Shown here: piece by piece, positions 1-13,160 of the stretch | Layout: each line of letters starts with the position of its first letter | Numbering within the stretch: position 1 is the first letter of the stretch | Assembly: GCF_006345805.1 (NCBI RefSeq) | Contig: NC_043007.1 | Coordinates: forward strand, 68,200,001-68,264,000 | Reading direction: 5' to 3' | Length of the DNA: 64,000 bases | From: Octopus sinensis | Lineage: Eukaryota | The notes under the pieces: generated by a model | What the model was told of the DNA's origin: nothing | Seen by the model: the letters and a program-made list of their open reading frames with translations, nothing else | The model's database searches: none | Made by a program: the position numbers and the translations under genes

Positions 1-50
1 TTATGAACACCTACTGAAGTTTCAAATACTGACAATTAGTGATCAGTTCA

Positions 51-88
<38 letters not shown>

Positions 89-1101
89 ATGTATGTATGT
101 ACAAAATTTCAAAACGAACAGCTATAAAACAAACATAAGCATTAAATGGCGTTATAATCTGTTTAGTTAAAGCTCGGTGGTTTTGCAAAAAGTTTGTGAT
201 GCCTTTTGATAGAATCATTTTGTCTGGTGCCAAATTCTCTTAACATATAAGCGGAGTTATAGTAGTGCCAGGCAAACCTCGGCCTGTATATCTGTGTTAA
301 TGACATAAAATTTGGCAAATAAACGATATCTTTAATTGATCCGATGTAAAAGAGGTCAGCGTTATCTTTTCGTGTGTGAAAATCACCATATTTAAAAAAA
401 ATATATATTTTAGAATTTTTTCTTTTAATTAAAAATAAGACTTCTAATTCGTAATATGTTGTCCGCACGCCAGCGCCTGAGCCATTACTGGAATGGCAAA
501 TGATGATTCTTTAAATTCTTTAAAAGCAGTCCAAATATGTTTGACCCCTCGCCAGCCATTAGTAGCATAGCAGATGACTGTTCTCTTAACGCAGTCCAAA
601 ACGTCTAATGGAAATGAGGAAAGCATAGATTGCGTTGACCACTTCAGCTTCAAACGGCATGGCGAAATCAATATCTGTCAGGCAATGTTTAATGCAAAAT
701 TCAGAAAAGAGAAAATGAAACGAAAAAAGGGCTATGTAATTAAAATTGCAAAGAAAAAAAAAATTAATGATGAGGATGATGAGAAGAATAAAGGTGGTGA
801 GTAGGGGAGGAGGATGGGAGACAAGTAGCTTAAAATGAAATAAATAACAGACGTTAGAAAATTCAGGCAAACCCTATCCATTATTTGATTTTTATTGTCA
901 GCTTTCTGTAGCCAAATGTCTAAAGGTTGTGGAGTTAGTAATGACTACAGGAAAACTAACTATAAGATTGTACACCTGCTATTGCTGCAATTTAAACTGC
1001 TTTAATATAACGAAAACTTCCCATTAGAGCCTACCCAACATTTTGAGTGGTCATGACAAATGTGCTACCATTACACTAAAGTCAATCTTTCCGATTTAAT
1101 G

Positions 1102-1136
<35 letters not shown>

Positions 1137-1198
1137 TCTCGTTCTTTCTTCATCTCCGCCATACACAGTGAGATAAACAGACAGACAGATAACATACA

Positions 1199-1244
<46 letters not shown>

Positions 1245-1261
1245 CATATACATATATATTA

Positions 1262-1655
1262 TTTCAGTCATTTGACTGCGGCCATGCTTGGGTACCGCCT
1301 TTAGTCGAACTAATCGAACCTAGGCCTTATTTTTTGTAAGTTTAGCACTTATTCTTTTGGTCTTTTGGCCGAACCACTAGGTTACAGGGATGTAAGCACA
1401 CCACCATCAGTTGTCAAGCGATGATGGGCGGTAGGACAAACACAGACACACAAATACACGCACACACACACACACACACATACACACATATACATATACA
1501 TTTATATATATTGGACTTTTTTCAGTTTCCGTCTACCAAATTCACTCACAAGGTTTTAGTAGAAGACATTTGCCCAAGGTGCCACGCAGTAGGAACTGAA
1601 CCCGAAACTACATGGTTGGGAAATAAGATTCTTACCACACAGCCACTCTTGTGCC
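1262..1655 (-). mobile_element. tRNA-derived SINE, family B (octopus OK/OR-like)
   Basis: Minus-strand head ...agtggctgtgtggtaag...gggttcagttcc...ggcaccttgggcaa; internal (CA)n; homologous to 1695-2035, 4890-5327 and 45995-46480. Confidence 0.8.
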
Positions 1656-1694
1656 TATATATATATATATATATATTCTTTTATTATTATATTT

Positions 1695-2035
1695 GTTCCA
1701 GTCATTTGGCTGTGGCCATGCTAGAGCACCGTATTTTGGCCGAAAAAATCGACCTCAGAACTTGTTCTTTGTAAGCCTAGTACTTATCCTATCGGTCCCT
1801 TTTGCCGAACCGCTAGCTTACGGGGACGTACATACACCAGCATCGGTTGTCAAGCGATTGTGGGGGACAAACACAGACACACAGGCACCCCCCACCACAC
1901 ACATAAATACGACGGGCTTCTACCAAATCCACTCACAAGGCTTTAGTCGTCCCGAGGCTATAGTAGAAGACACTCGCCCAAGGCTCTACGCAGTGGGACT
2001 GGACCCGGAACCATGTGGTTAGGAAGCAAGCCTCT
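1695..2035 (-). mobile_element. tRNA-derived SINE, family B
   Basis: Second adjacent copy of the family B body (gtcatttg...gccgaaccgctag...gtagaagacac...accatgtggtt). Confidence 0.8.
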
Positions 2036-2492
2036 TTATTTCATTACATTTGCCATAAAGGCAGTACATAGAGTAAAGTAGCTTTGCAGGCTGGACAAGG
2101 GCATTAATGAAATGAATGATAATGAAAGAAGGATGTTAAGGATGGGAGAAGACAAAAAGCGCCCGCCGACTTCTGCTCCTCTTAAACATTGTTCTTTAAA
2201 ACCAAACACAAAACGAGGTGTTAAACCTCTTACAACTTTTCAATTTTTGGACTTGACAGTCCATTAAAAACAACAACATAGTTCAATCACAGGTTCTTTT
2301 CTTACATAAAAATCAAAAAGTCAATCAAACATGAAAAATACACTATCACTTTTCCCTTCCTCTTCCTTCCGGACTCCCAGTCAAATATCTAGCTGCCTGC
2401 AGAGCAAACCACGTTGACAGCCGGGGGTTCAGAAAGAAGAAGGCGAAGTGCTTATTATCAAATGTTTGTGTCACACAGTGCCACAATTTATA

Positions 2493-2826
2493 ACTCACCC
2501 TCAACATCGCTTGTGCTCGCATCCTCCTCCATCCTCCACGCCTCATGCAAGATCAAAGCGGGTACCGAGTCGGCATCGCCCGGGTACAAGCGAATTTTCT
2601 CATTGAGCCCCTTCAGCCTAAACGTCACATCAAACGTTATGACCTCCAGAGCTATCTGCGGAGGCCATTCGGGATCCTGTGTGAAGGCTAAAGGTGCTCC
2701 CTTATGGTGCTTTTCCACCACCTTTTCCACCTCTACGCCTCTATAGAAGAAGATCAATAATTCGTCTTCCTCCGGGGGCGGGATATCCAATTCTTCCGTT
2801 GGCGGCACAGTTTCCGCCAACGGTGT
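2493..2826 (-). pseudogene. Exon-like coding segment of unknown product
   Basis: GC-rich, non-repetitive ~110-codon frame (AETVPPTEELDIPPP...ASTSDVEG) ending at a canonical GAGG/GTGAGT donor; upstream end abuts the HHR fold-back; no family recognised. Confidence 0.35.
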
Positions 2827-2827
2827 C

Positions 2828-2940
2828 TCAGAGGGAAAAAAATTATACCCTTGGATGTTTTATATATGTGTTTATAGATTCATTATAGCAGATTGCTAGA
2901 ATGAATCCATAAACACACAAAGCATCCATTTTCCCTCTGA
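2828..2940. repeat. Fold-back hairpin at the 5' side of an HHR element
   Basis: tcagagggaaaa...ggatg...gtgtttatagattcattatagc is the imperfect reverse complement of gctagaatgaatccataaacac...catcc...ttttccctctga. Confidence 0.8.
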
Positions 2941-3012
2941 AGATGTTCAGGTCATATAAATTTAATATTTACTTAATATCTATTGAGCATTAATTGAAAC
3001 AGCTGTAAGGGA
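2932..3012 (+). ncRNA. Type I hammerhead ribozyme motif (Penelope pLTR/retrozyme-like)
   Basis: tccct-CTGAAGA-tgttca...tgagca-ttaatt-GAAA-cagctg-TA-aggga: 5-bp stem I, canonical core, palindromic stem III (ACAGCTGT), GUA triplet ending at 3007. Confidence 0.75.
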
Positions 3013-3287
3013 TAATTAATAATTTGCTACTAATAATAAACAATTATTAACTTCTCAATCTCCATTTTCTTTTTCGTCTTTTATATCAATATAAACTATA
3101 TGTTTTTAAATATACACTTATTATTTTTAGGAGATTAAACACACCAAAATATTAGGTATTGAACTAGTATTTCCCTGGATGAAACCATCCCTTCACAAGA
3201 TTAACACAACCTCTATCGAATTTAGTGTATACACAACCACACACACACACACACATATATATAATATAATATATATATATATATACA

Positions 3288-3324
<37 letters not shown>

Positions 3325-3387
3325 AATATATATATAGTATATATATATATATATATATACATTAATATATATATATATATATGTATA

Positions 3388-3447
<60 letters not shown>

Positions 3448-4318
3448 GTATATATATATGTGTGTGTGTGTACTTGAGCACTGGGTTGATGTAATCGACT
3501 TAGATCCTACCCCGCAATTGTTGGCCTTGAGCCAAAATTTGAAACTAATAGTTATTTATGTTTATGATAATAATTATAAAAAATAAATCTTCAAAAGAAG
3601 TGAATGTCTTTTTTAAATCATGAGTTATTTTGACGGTTATTCATTACAGCAATAACCTATTTTATATGGGCTTCATATTATACATAATATTCTCCGTTAT
3701 TGTTTGGCACAGGGATTCAGGAACATCTTGTGTAAGGAGCAGCAAACAACCTCTCTCATATGCCAGGGTTACACTACCAATATCTTTAGATATATCCTTG
3801 TTATTTTTCTATTTGCTGCTTCTCTTCCTCACCTCTCACCTTAATATTTCTATTAGCTTTATTTGTTTTTCATACAAACGTTTTTGTGTTTCTGCATTAT
3901 TTGTTTCTTAATCGGATATAATTCTGGAGAAACCATATTAGTATTTGTTAGCCGACATTTTAATCTATCTGAGTAATGTGCTTATCGTATCACTGTAATC
4001 TTTTGAATAAATATTATTGAATTTTATAACTAAATTTGCACGGCTTCTAAAATTTCTCTTGATAGGAAACATAAAAAGAAGCAGAACAAAGTAAACGAAG
4101 CAAAGGAAATCGCATTCATCACAGCTTCATGGTCATGTTTTCTTGATAGTTAAAGAATGTATATTATATCACATACACACATATACATACACAAACATAG
4201 ACGAGCACTCACGCACACATACAGAGACACACACACACATTTACACACATAGAAATATATTAGGCATGTATAATGCTTAGATATTGATGTCTAGTTTTGG
4301 GAGGTTCTGTGACATTAT

Positions 4319-4356
<38 letters not shown>

Positions 4357-4401
4357 TACATATATATATATATATTATATATATATATATATAAATATAT
4401 A

Positions 4402-4434
<33 letters not shown>

Positions 4435-4889
4435 GCATAGATTTTTATCGATAGATATAAAACCGAAGCACGTACATAAAACATTTATATACATTCATAC
4501 TTTGGGCGCTCGGAGCAAGCAATCTATTATTTGAATAATAGGAATATCTTTAGCATTTAAGCCACGTCTGTCTTTCGTGTCTTCGATGCTGAAGGTGTTA
4601 ATGATTGTCAAAATATGAATGTAAAAATATTAATTATACTAACCACATTCATAGAAGAAACATTTTATTCAAGGTTGCCGTGATATTTGTCTCAAATGCC
4701 GATTTACCATGGCAAAAGTTACTGCAAGCAATAAACTAGATAAATCAATACCAATCACATCGAAAAATGTAAACTGAATGTAGTTACGAAGACGAAGGTA
4801 TAAAATATAATTTTGTTGGCTTTGTTAAATCAACAATGACTAATTTAACATCCTTCTTTAGGGCATAACTTGTATCTTTTACTGCAACA

Positions 4890-5138
4890 ATGCAGGGGCA
4901 CCGCTTTGAAGGGTTTTAGTTGAACAAAGCGACCACAGTAATAAAGTCTTGTACTTAATTTACCGGTTTCTTTTGTCGAACCGCTATGTTACGGGATAGG
5001 TAAACACACGGATGCTGGTTCTCAAGTGGTGATTGGAGACATGCACAGACACACAGACACGCACATACACACACAAGCACGTACCCGCGTACACACGCAT
5101 GCACACACACACACACACACACACACACACCACACACA

Positions 5139-5169
<31 letters not shown>

Positions 5170-5327
5170 GACAGACTTCCGCTCAGTTTCTGTCTATCAA
5201 ATTCACTCAGAAGGTCTGCTCGGGGTGACAGTAGAAGGCACTTGCTCAAGGAGCGGCACAACGTGTACTGAACCTGAAACCACGTGCTTGCAAAGCGAAC
5301 TTCTTACTAAACCATTCAGCCATGCCT
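4890..5327 (-). mobile_element. tRNA-derived SINE, family B (diverged)
   Basis: Same conserved blocks as 1262-1655 with expanded internal (CA)n. Confidence 0.7.
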
Positions 5328-5527
5328 GAAAGAGGAGTGATGACTGATTGTATTCCAAAAAAGGGCTGAGTATAATTTTGTTCCCTACAACGTGAACATA
5401 GTATAAACAACACAAGAACATTTTCCGTACAACAGACATGCTTTATAATAAGGATGTTATCTAGCAGTTTTATAGCAAGGATTGTACCTAGTATCAAAAA
5501 CAAAGTCCAGACTCTTAAAGGGTAAAG

Positions 5528-5857
5528 ACACCCCCTCTTCGGTCATGAATGGCCAAGGAATTGCAACTAGGACGTTCCCCCCCACCCCGAGGCACAAGTC
5601 CGGGCAAGGCTGTTTATGGAAGACCTGCAGTCACCTATGCATACCAACCTCCCTTTTCTACACCATGGAAAAAGCAAAGGCCGATACAGTTTGAGACCAA
5701 GAGACATCGCAACTCATTTCTACCGCTGAGTGAACTGGAGCAACGTGAAAGACAGTCTCTTACTCAAGAACGCAACACACAGCCCGGTCCAGGAATCGAA
5801 CTCACTACCTCATGATTGTGAGCCCGACCCTCTAACCTCTGAACCATGCGCCTTTAC
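5528..5857 (-). mobile_element. tRNA-derived SINE, family C
   Basis: Minus-strand head g(t/a)aaggcgcatgg...gagttcgattcc (A/B-box-like), then ttgag.aagacact...ccagttcactcagc; homologous to 37547-37881 and 57365-57699. Confidence 0.8.
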
Positions 5858-6509
5858 GACTCTTACTGCTATTGTATTATCTCGCAGTGACATTGGCCTT
5901 CTAAACTATAGCAGTAATGATTACATCAGAAATGCACTCAATGAAGAAATATTTCCAAAACCCTGACGAAGCACTTAGATGATCCTGGTAACAGATTTGC
6001 AAAAATTGACGCAAGCAGCCTCGAGTTTAACGACTATCATAAATATTGCAGAGCATATATTTATGATACAAGTCCTTTCGAGATAACTGAACACAAGTAA
6101 ATAGTACGAAACTAGTTGGCAGATTTTATTCAGTAGACTGGCTACCAATGATCCTCAGCTGCGCCTGCGTTTCCGTTAAACATTACAATCCCAGCATGTG
6201 TAGTACGGAGATTTTCTGGTAACACCTTGTAAATACATGCATACACACAAACATATACTCACATGCAGACATACATACAAGAACACAATTATGGCCTAAG
6301 AAATTTGCATCAATGAAATGCCAGAAGCATATGTTTGAACAGCAAAGTCGAATAGCGCTATATTAAATACCATACAAAATATGTCCTCTGTCGTGGACGG
6401 TAGAGCAATCGCTAGGTGAAAGTTTGGAACTCCAAATGAGAAGGAGAAGAGAAGCTAAAGAGAAGATAACTGAACAAGCGATCGACACCTATTGACATCG
6501 AAATACGTG

Positions 6510-6730
6510 TTCGCTACGTTTCACTATATTGAGGTTCCTCTTTGTGAGTTTTGTATTCTGTCAATAATTATGCTTGCCTGAACTGGTTTTACCTTGGATT
6601 TGAAATGCAAGCGTAATTTCAGAGATTGTACCTCTCTAAACATGAAACAGTTCAGCAGTTTTAGTAACTGAAAATCTAGCCATACGAGTTCCAGTAATTT
6701 GTTCTCTTTGGAAATTATATGCGCCATGAA
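6510..6730 (-). mobile_element. Tc1-like transposase N-terminal remnant
   Basis: Minus frame reads FQREQITGTRMARFSVTKTAELFHV*RGTISEITLAFQIQGKTSSGKHNY*QNTKLTKR, matching the Tc1 HTH and GRPR-linker region; has in-frame stops. Confidence 0.75.
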
Positions 6731-7467
6731 TTTTAACATATTTGAATATAAATGTCTGCAAAAGAAGAAATAGGAGGGCTATATACAAGACATACATATT
6801 GCATGAAGGCAGTGTATTTCTGTTCTGAATTTGTCATAATTTCCAAAAAAAAAAAAAAAGTAAAAGTTAAATAAAAACTATTTCCATTATTTTGTCCATA
6901 CAGAATATATATAAATGTATGTAATATATGTAAGAAGCTGAAAATACTATCTCAGGTATTGAGTGTTTTTCCTCCTTTTTCTATGTGCAACAATACACAC
7001 TATAAAGTATATATACACACACACACTCACAGACACATACCACATATATACAAACACACACACACACACACATACACACACGCATACGCACACACACACA
7101 CGCGCTCACAAATACATATATTTAGAATTACACCCATGATGCTTTATCGGTTTGAGCACATATTTATTATTTTCTGAAACGGCATTGCGTTAAATAACAT
7201 ACCACATAATATTCGTTGTATTTTATTATGGAAACTTGATTATTCGATATTTTTGTACATCAGTTTGATTCTACTGTAAATACTGTTATCAGTATTATGA
7301 AATGCACAAATATAATAACATCTTCCATTGTTTATTTTAGAAGGTTTCTGTTTGTTAAAAAGGAATACTTTGGGTTTTGCCCTTTGTACAACTATTTATT
7401 TCCTAAACTCCAAAATCTGAAAATATTTTAAGAGTGTCAAAGGTATTCGCTTCCTATCAGAACTTCA

Positions 7468-7582
<115 letters not shown>

Positions 7583-7591
7583 ATATATATA

Positions 7592-8575
7592 CTAGACTAC
7601 CCGTGACCCGTTGAGTCACCAATAGTTCAAGGTACCCGAAGCCCGAAGAAACCGCGTATCTCGAGAATCAGTGGTCCAATTTACGCGAAAAATCTGTTTT
7701 TCTGTGTGTATTCACATTTGAATGGTACTTTACTCTCAAAACATTTTCCCATTATACGCAGGTTTGGCTATTTATAAAGGTACTCCCAAACTGCATATTT
7801 TGGTAACCTGTGGTCCGATTTACGTAAAACTTGTTTTATTCCGATTCATGACGTCTCCTGCCTTTGTCTCTTGCCCTCTGGTTCGCCAGACGCTCAGCTC
7901 TTCGAGTGTCCGGTTCCTGATCTCTCCTGATTCTGTATCTTTCTCTCTGATCCGCCAAACACCCAGCCCTTGCTTTATCAGTCTCATCGACAGTACTATT
8001 CGCTTGCCTATCTCGATCCTGGGTAAATATTTCGTGCAGGACCCGTTCGTACTTCGATGTGAAGTAATTTTTTCCACAAGCTTTTTCGAGTTCATTCAAC
8101 GTATCTCACCTTCAAACCCACCGGAAGCCACTTTCTTCCAGAAAAGAAAGTGGGGGTGGGGGTTGTGGGAAACTCAGAGTTTCCCACCAACAGAGTTTTG
8201 CTTCGTTGTTTTTTTTTTTCTTCCAGGCTATTTCGCATGCTTTCAAATAATTTCAAATAATTCGCATGCTTTCAAATAATGTGACATCAATAACCCTAAC
8301 CCTAACCGTCAGTTGGGTCACTGATGGTTAAGGTTAGAGTTAAGTTATAAAACATTGAAGCTGATGCAATTATTAGAAAACACTCCCCCTGGATTGTCGA
8401 TTCCCACCAACGGAATTTTGTTTCGTAGGTTTTTTTCTTTTCCAGGTTATTTCGTATGCTTTCAATGCATGTGACATCGAAATCGCACGTAAACGACTCC
8501 TTTCCCCAGAAAAGGATAGATTTTACTTCTATTTCTTGCACGCCCTGCTATTTCGGGTGCTTTATCGTAAATAGA
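7592..8575 (-). mobile_element. Non-autonomous Helitron with both termini
   Basis: Minus 5' end A|TCTATTTACGATAAAG at 8575; 3' end hairpin gtgactcaacgggtcac then CTAG|T at 7592; internal R/E-rich repeat ORF 7836-8099 (LADQRERYRIRR...RAERLANQRAR) typical of RepHel N-termini. Confidence 0.7.
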
Positions 8576-8688
8576 TGTTATATGGTAGCAGGGCTGCTAG
8601 AAATAGCAGTCAAATCTTTGGAGGTGCGATACGTTTAATGCACTCGAAAGAAACTTATGGAAAAAAAATATTTCACGCTGAGGTTACG

Positions 8689-9140
8689 ATGCATTACGAT
8701 CGTTTCAAGCAACTCCATTTAATTGAACACTGCAACCATTACATCAATTTAAATGCAGAGCAATCCTCAGCTGCATAAATACATAGAATTAAATTAAATT
8801 AAAACAGATGGGCACATTAGTTAATTTTACGTAAAACTGCTGAGAAGGTAAGGAGATAGACAAAGAACATGGTGTCTTCACTTCAGCTTAGAAGCTGCTA
8901 AGGTATCAGGAAGAAAGACTTGTTAGAGATCTGGCTTGTCACTGTTTTTTGGGGTCAGATTTAATTTATAGTCTTGTTTATCACATCTTTGTAAATTAAA
9001 ATCTAAGGCCAAGGAACAAGGAGCAGTGTCTGTTTTAATTTAATTTAATTCTATGTATTCATGCGGCTGAGACTTGCTCTGCATTTAAATTGATGTAATT
9101 GTTCAATTAAATGGAGTCACTTGAAACGATCGCACTGCAT
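8689..9140. mobile_element. Fold-back element with an HHR motif in each arm
   Basis: Arms 8689-8808 and 9029-9140 are reverse complements. Left arm (minus): atgcag-CTGAGGA-ttgctc...gagttgctt-GAAA-cgatcg-TA-atgcat. Right arm is a decayed copy. Confidence 0.75.
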
Positions 9141-9169
9141 TACCTCTGGACATCCTGTTGCTTATTTTG

Positions 9170-9212
<43 letters not shown>

Positions 9213-9430
9213 ATATATATACACACACACATCGGTCAAATGACCCTGCTTAAATTCCTCATCCTTCTCACTCCCTTATATTCTTATTCCTTTTTTAAAA
9301 TTTTATATTTCTTATTTCTCCCTACATTTATATTCTTCTCTCTTACTGTGCTCTCTGCCCATTCTGATCGATTCTTCTATGTGTTAACATGTACCTCCTT
9401 GCGACGATGTAAACTTTCATTTAATCAAGA

Positions 9431-9527
9431 CATCCTTGACCTGACGAGCAGCCTGCGGTATACACCTAGCTTGGATATTTATCACTTCCGAGGCTCCGCT
9501 TGCTATGAAACATATGTAGACCGGATC
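9431..9527 (+). ncRNA. Degenerate HHR motif in a Penelope-like 3' region
   Basis: CTGACGA-gcagcct...aggct...GAAA-catatg-TA with imperfect stem I (atcc/ggat); preceded by a pyrimidine-rich tract. Confidence 0.5.
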
Positions 9528-11024
9528 TTATCAACTCCCATTTCTTAACTCTTGTATTCTTATTCGCATACCTGGCAAACCTGGTCGCCTACCGTGAAAT
9601 AAAAAAATAACTTTTTTCAGATTATCGTACTTCGATATGAAAAAATCAACAATCTTCCGTCCCAATAAACCACTATTGTCCCTGAAAGTTGTTTGTTACA
9701 TTTACTATGAATTGCTTGTAACTAACATTTTTCCTACAACTCGATCCTTAGATCTCATATATATTTATATATATATATGTGAGTGTGTGTGTGTGTGTGT
9801 GTCTTTGTGCTTTGTGTTTGTGTTTCACTCACCGCTTGTCAATTTGCTGTTAATTTGCTTACGTCCCCGTAAAATAGCGGTTCGATAAAAGGATCTGATA
9901 GAATAAACAGCAGACTTACAAAAAGTAAGTACTGCTATTTGTTCGACTAAACCCTTTAAGGCGGTGTCCCACCATGACCACAGTCCAATGACTGAAACAA
10001 GTAAAATATAAAAAGATAATATATTGACACCAATACACTAAACTTAACAGATATACTTCAACACCTTATTCTAAATACACTGTTGTACATACACTATGGT
10101 TTTCACATTATAGAACGTACAGTAGTCTTGACAAAATATGCATCACAAAGTATTCTTCACACAGTAATATACATGCAATGTAACATACAAATGATTCGCC
10201 GAGTAATAAGTATTCAAAACTTTGCTAATTCGATTTTGGAACATTATACCTTCCATTATTTATGGATTAATTTCTTTTTCTTCTGTCTCTGCATCATACT
10301 TCTTGCAACATAATACAAATTATTTACATTTATTTTTACTGGTGATTTGTTTTTGGTCTTTCCTTCAATATTTGTTTTTCATCAGAACATTGATGCGAAA
10401 TTTGAAAAAAAACAACCGAAAACTATAGGAAATAGAGGAGAAACAGACAACATTTTTCTAAGATTATGGAAGCAAATAAAATTAGATATAGAAGATTCTT
10501 TGGTATTTCAGGTATGAATTTAGAGTTTACACTAAATGTAAAGGGGAAAAAAATAATGTTATCCAGATGACTAACGATAAGAAATCTATTTCAATCTCTT
10601 GAAGTTTGTTTCATGGTAGAAGCTGTCTTAATTTAACTATAAGCTTTTTATTAGATTTACACGCGACACAGTGCACACAATTAGATACACACATAGAGAC
10701 ATACGCAAGCGGCATATCACACTGGTTTACCACGTACACACATAATTGCCCACATAAAGACATTTCATTTGATTCTGTATTTCACAATATCGTTTGTGCG
10801 TGAATTAAGAGACAAATGTATAAATATGTTTGACTTACTGAAGTTGTCCATTCCTAATTATCTTATCTGACTATCTTTCTATTGAATATACTTGTCAGTC
10901 AGTTTATCTCTCTATGTTATGTATCTATCAAACTCTTCTCTCTAATGTTTTTCTCTTTACACAAACCAACGCAACATAGTCTGTTATAGAGTAAATATTG
11001 CTACTTTAAGTTTCATGTTAGTTT

Positions 11025-11225
11025 CAAATTTTGGTACAAGACCAGTAATTATGGGAGAGTGGGTAAGTCGATTACATCGTCCTCAGTGCTCAACTGGTGT
11101 TTATTTTGTGGACCCCGAAAGAATGAACAGCATAGCCTATCTCGGTGGAATTTGAACTCAGAACATAAAGACGGACGAAAAACCACTAAGCATTTTGCCC
11201 GGTGTGCTAACAATTCTGCCAGCTC
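11025..11225 (-). mobile_element. tRNA-derived SINE, family A (Nin-domain-like)
   Basis: gaccccgaaag.atgaa...ggaatttgaactcagaac...ctgccagctc, as in the other family A copies. Confidence 0.75.
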
Positions 11226-11822
11226 ACAAACTTTCCTTTAAATTTCGTATATGCAATAAAATACATACTCAATAGGTAAAAAAAGTATTAAAGTCCTTTC
11301 GAATCAGGGCACATTTAGAAACACTTCATATAGGACTAGCTTTAATTTAAAAGAACATTCATTTTCCCTTCGTCTGATATACACACACTCACATCGATAT
11401 AAAATATCTATGACATAATCTGTTACAGATTAATACATGGTTACTTTAAGTTCCGTATTGGTCATAAACCAAATAACATATAGACAAAGAAAAACTATAT
11501 AGAAAACGAAGAAACACATCTTTTCGGACCCGAGCGTTTATAGAAAGACATACGTTACGACTAGATTTAGTTAAAAATAACGATTAATTTTCTGTCCGAT
11601 AAGCATGTAGTTTATGATGAACGTGGAACTTCAAACAATAATGCTTTACTCACAAACACATTATATCATGTGTATATATATTTCGTGTAAAAAGAAAAAC
11701 AACTTTTATACACACAGGCACATACATTTACACATATATCTGTAGCGACCAATATGATGAAAAAGGAAGACATTAGCACATGCTTAAATCTATTTAATGT
11801 TGTATGTGTATGTGTCTATATA

Positions 11823-12195
11823 CATGGTGGGTAGAAAATAACTAGGCATTAGAAATTGCTTACAGAATTTTTAGTATCACTGAAGTCATGACGAAAGCAT
11901 TTTTTAAACAGGTAATACTAATGGGGATTTCTTATTGTCTTATTTTCTAGATGGCCAGTCGCTTGACTGTTCAGGAGCAAGCTAAGTTAGCAGCATGCTA
12001 TGAAGTGTGGAATTCCATTGTTTGGAACACTACGTCCGGAGATAAGAAAAATTTGGTATGCAGAGTTGATGACCTCCGAATCAGCGGAGTACGTGGCAAT
12101 AATGCAGGAAATGTTTAATCGCAGCCTGTGAAAATCAACACGTCAAGCAGCTCGTGAAAGTTGACTAACAAGGCACACAATACGTACGGTGTTGC
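11823..12195 (+). mobile_element. Tc1/mariner-superfamily remnant (DUF4817-type HTH)
   Basis: TA|CATGGTGGGTAGAAAATAAC terminus; ATG at 11951 gives MASRLTVQEQAKLAACYEVWNSIV; later KSTRQAARES. Confidence 0.65.
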
Positions 12196-12524
12196 ATAAA
12201 GAATTGAATTTTGATCACACACACACACACACACGCGCACGTATACACATAAGTACATGCACACATAGATACACACATGCTTCCGAATATCTGAGGTAAC
12301 TGAAATGCTTTCTGGTCCACGAAACTTCTTTAGCAACGTGAGTAACTTATCCAACCTTTACTGAGTATATACAATTCTAACTGAATAAAGTGCCACTTCT
12401 GTTGATTTGTTCAGTCACGTAGATACACAAGTCAATACAACAGTAAAAGTTTATTGTGAGACCTAGTATGTGAGACCAGGCCGAGTTCGCAACCGCTGGG
12501 AAGTTAATCCGATCAATTTCTAAC

Positions 12525-12566
12525 GATATCTGAAGAAGGAATTTTCATATTCCGAAATATTATATC
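12525..12566 (+). ncRNA. Degenerate minimal HHR motif
   Basis: gatat-CTGAAGA-a-ggaat-tttcat-attcc-GAAA-tatt-atatc: stems I and II intact, stem III eroded. Confidence 0.5.
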
Positions 12567-12689
12567 AGACTATGATTAATTAAATTATAATAGTCATTAT
12601 AGTCCACTCTGCATTGTAGTGCCATTCAAGAAGACACGTTATATTTCACAAATAATACACAATGCTTCAAGCGAACTACAATACTCTCA

Positions 12690-12782
<93 letters not shown>

Positions 12783-12984
12783 CATACACTTTATTCTTTT
12801 ATGTAATGCAGTCCAGAACTTGTGGCCATGCTAGGACACCGCCACATATAGACATATATGAAAATAAACCAAACTATAACTATTTTGATTTCTATCTATT
12901 TCGATGTCTTATCGTGTTGAGATTAAACCACACAAACTTCGATTATGTCTTTCCCTATTAATTTCATTAGTTTGATGATATAAA

Positions 12985-13160
12985 GTAGCGAGCTGGCAGA
13001 ATCGTTTGCAGACCGGACAAAACGCTTCGAAGCATTGCTGAGTTCATATTCCGCCGAGGTCGACTTTTCATTTCATCCTTTCCTGGCTCGTTGAGATCTT
13101 GGTTCGATGTAACTGAATACCTAAAATTTCAGGCCTTGTGTGTATTGTAGAAACGATTGT
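12985..13160 (+). mobile_element. SINE family A (diverged)
   Basis: gcgagctggcagaatcgtt...gagttcatattccgccgaggtcgactt..tttcatccttt. Confidence 0.7.

Noticed and set aside
6524-6757. Strong minus-strand acceptor plus a 71-aa ORF as a host exon
   Set aside because: Another frame is a Tc1 transposase remnant with stop codons
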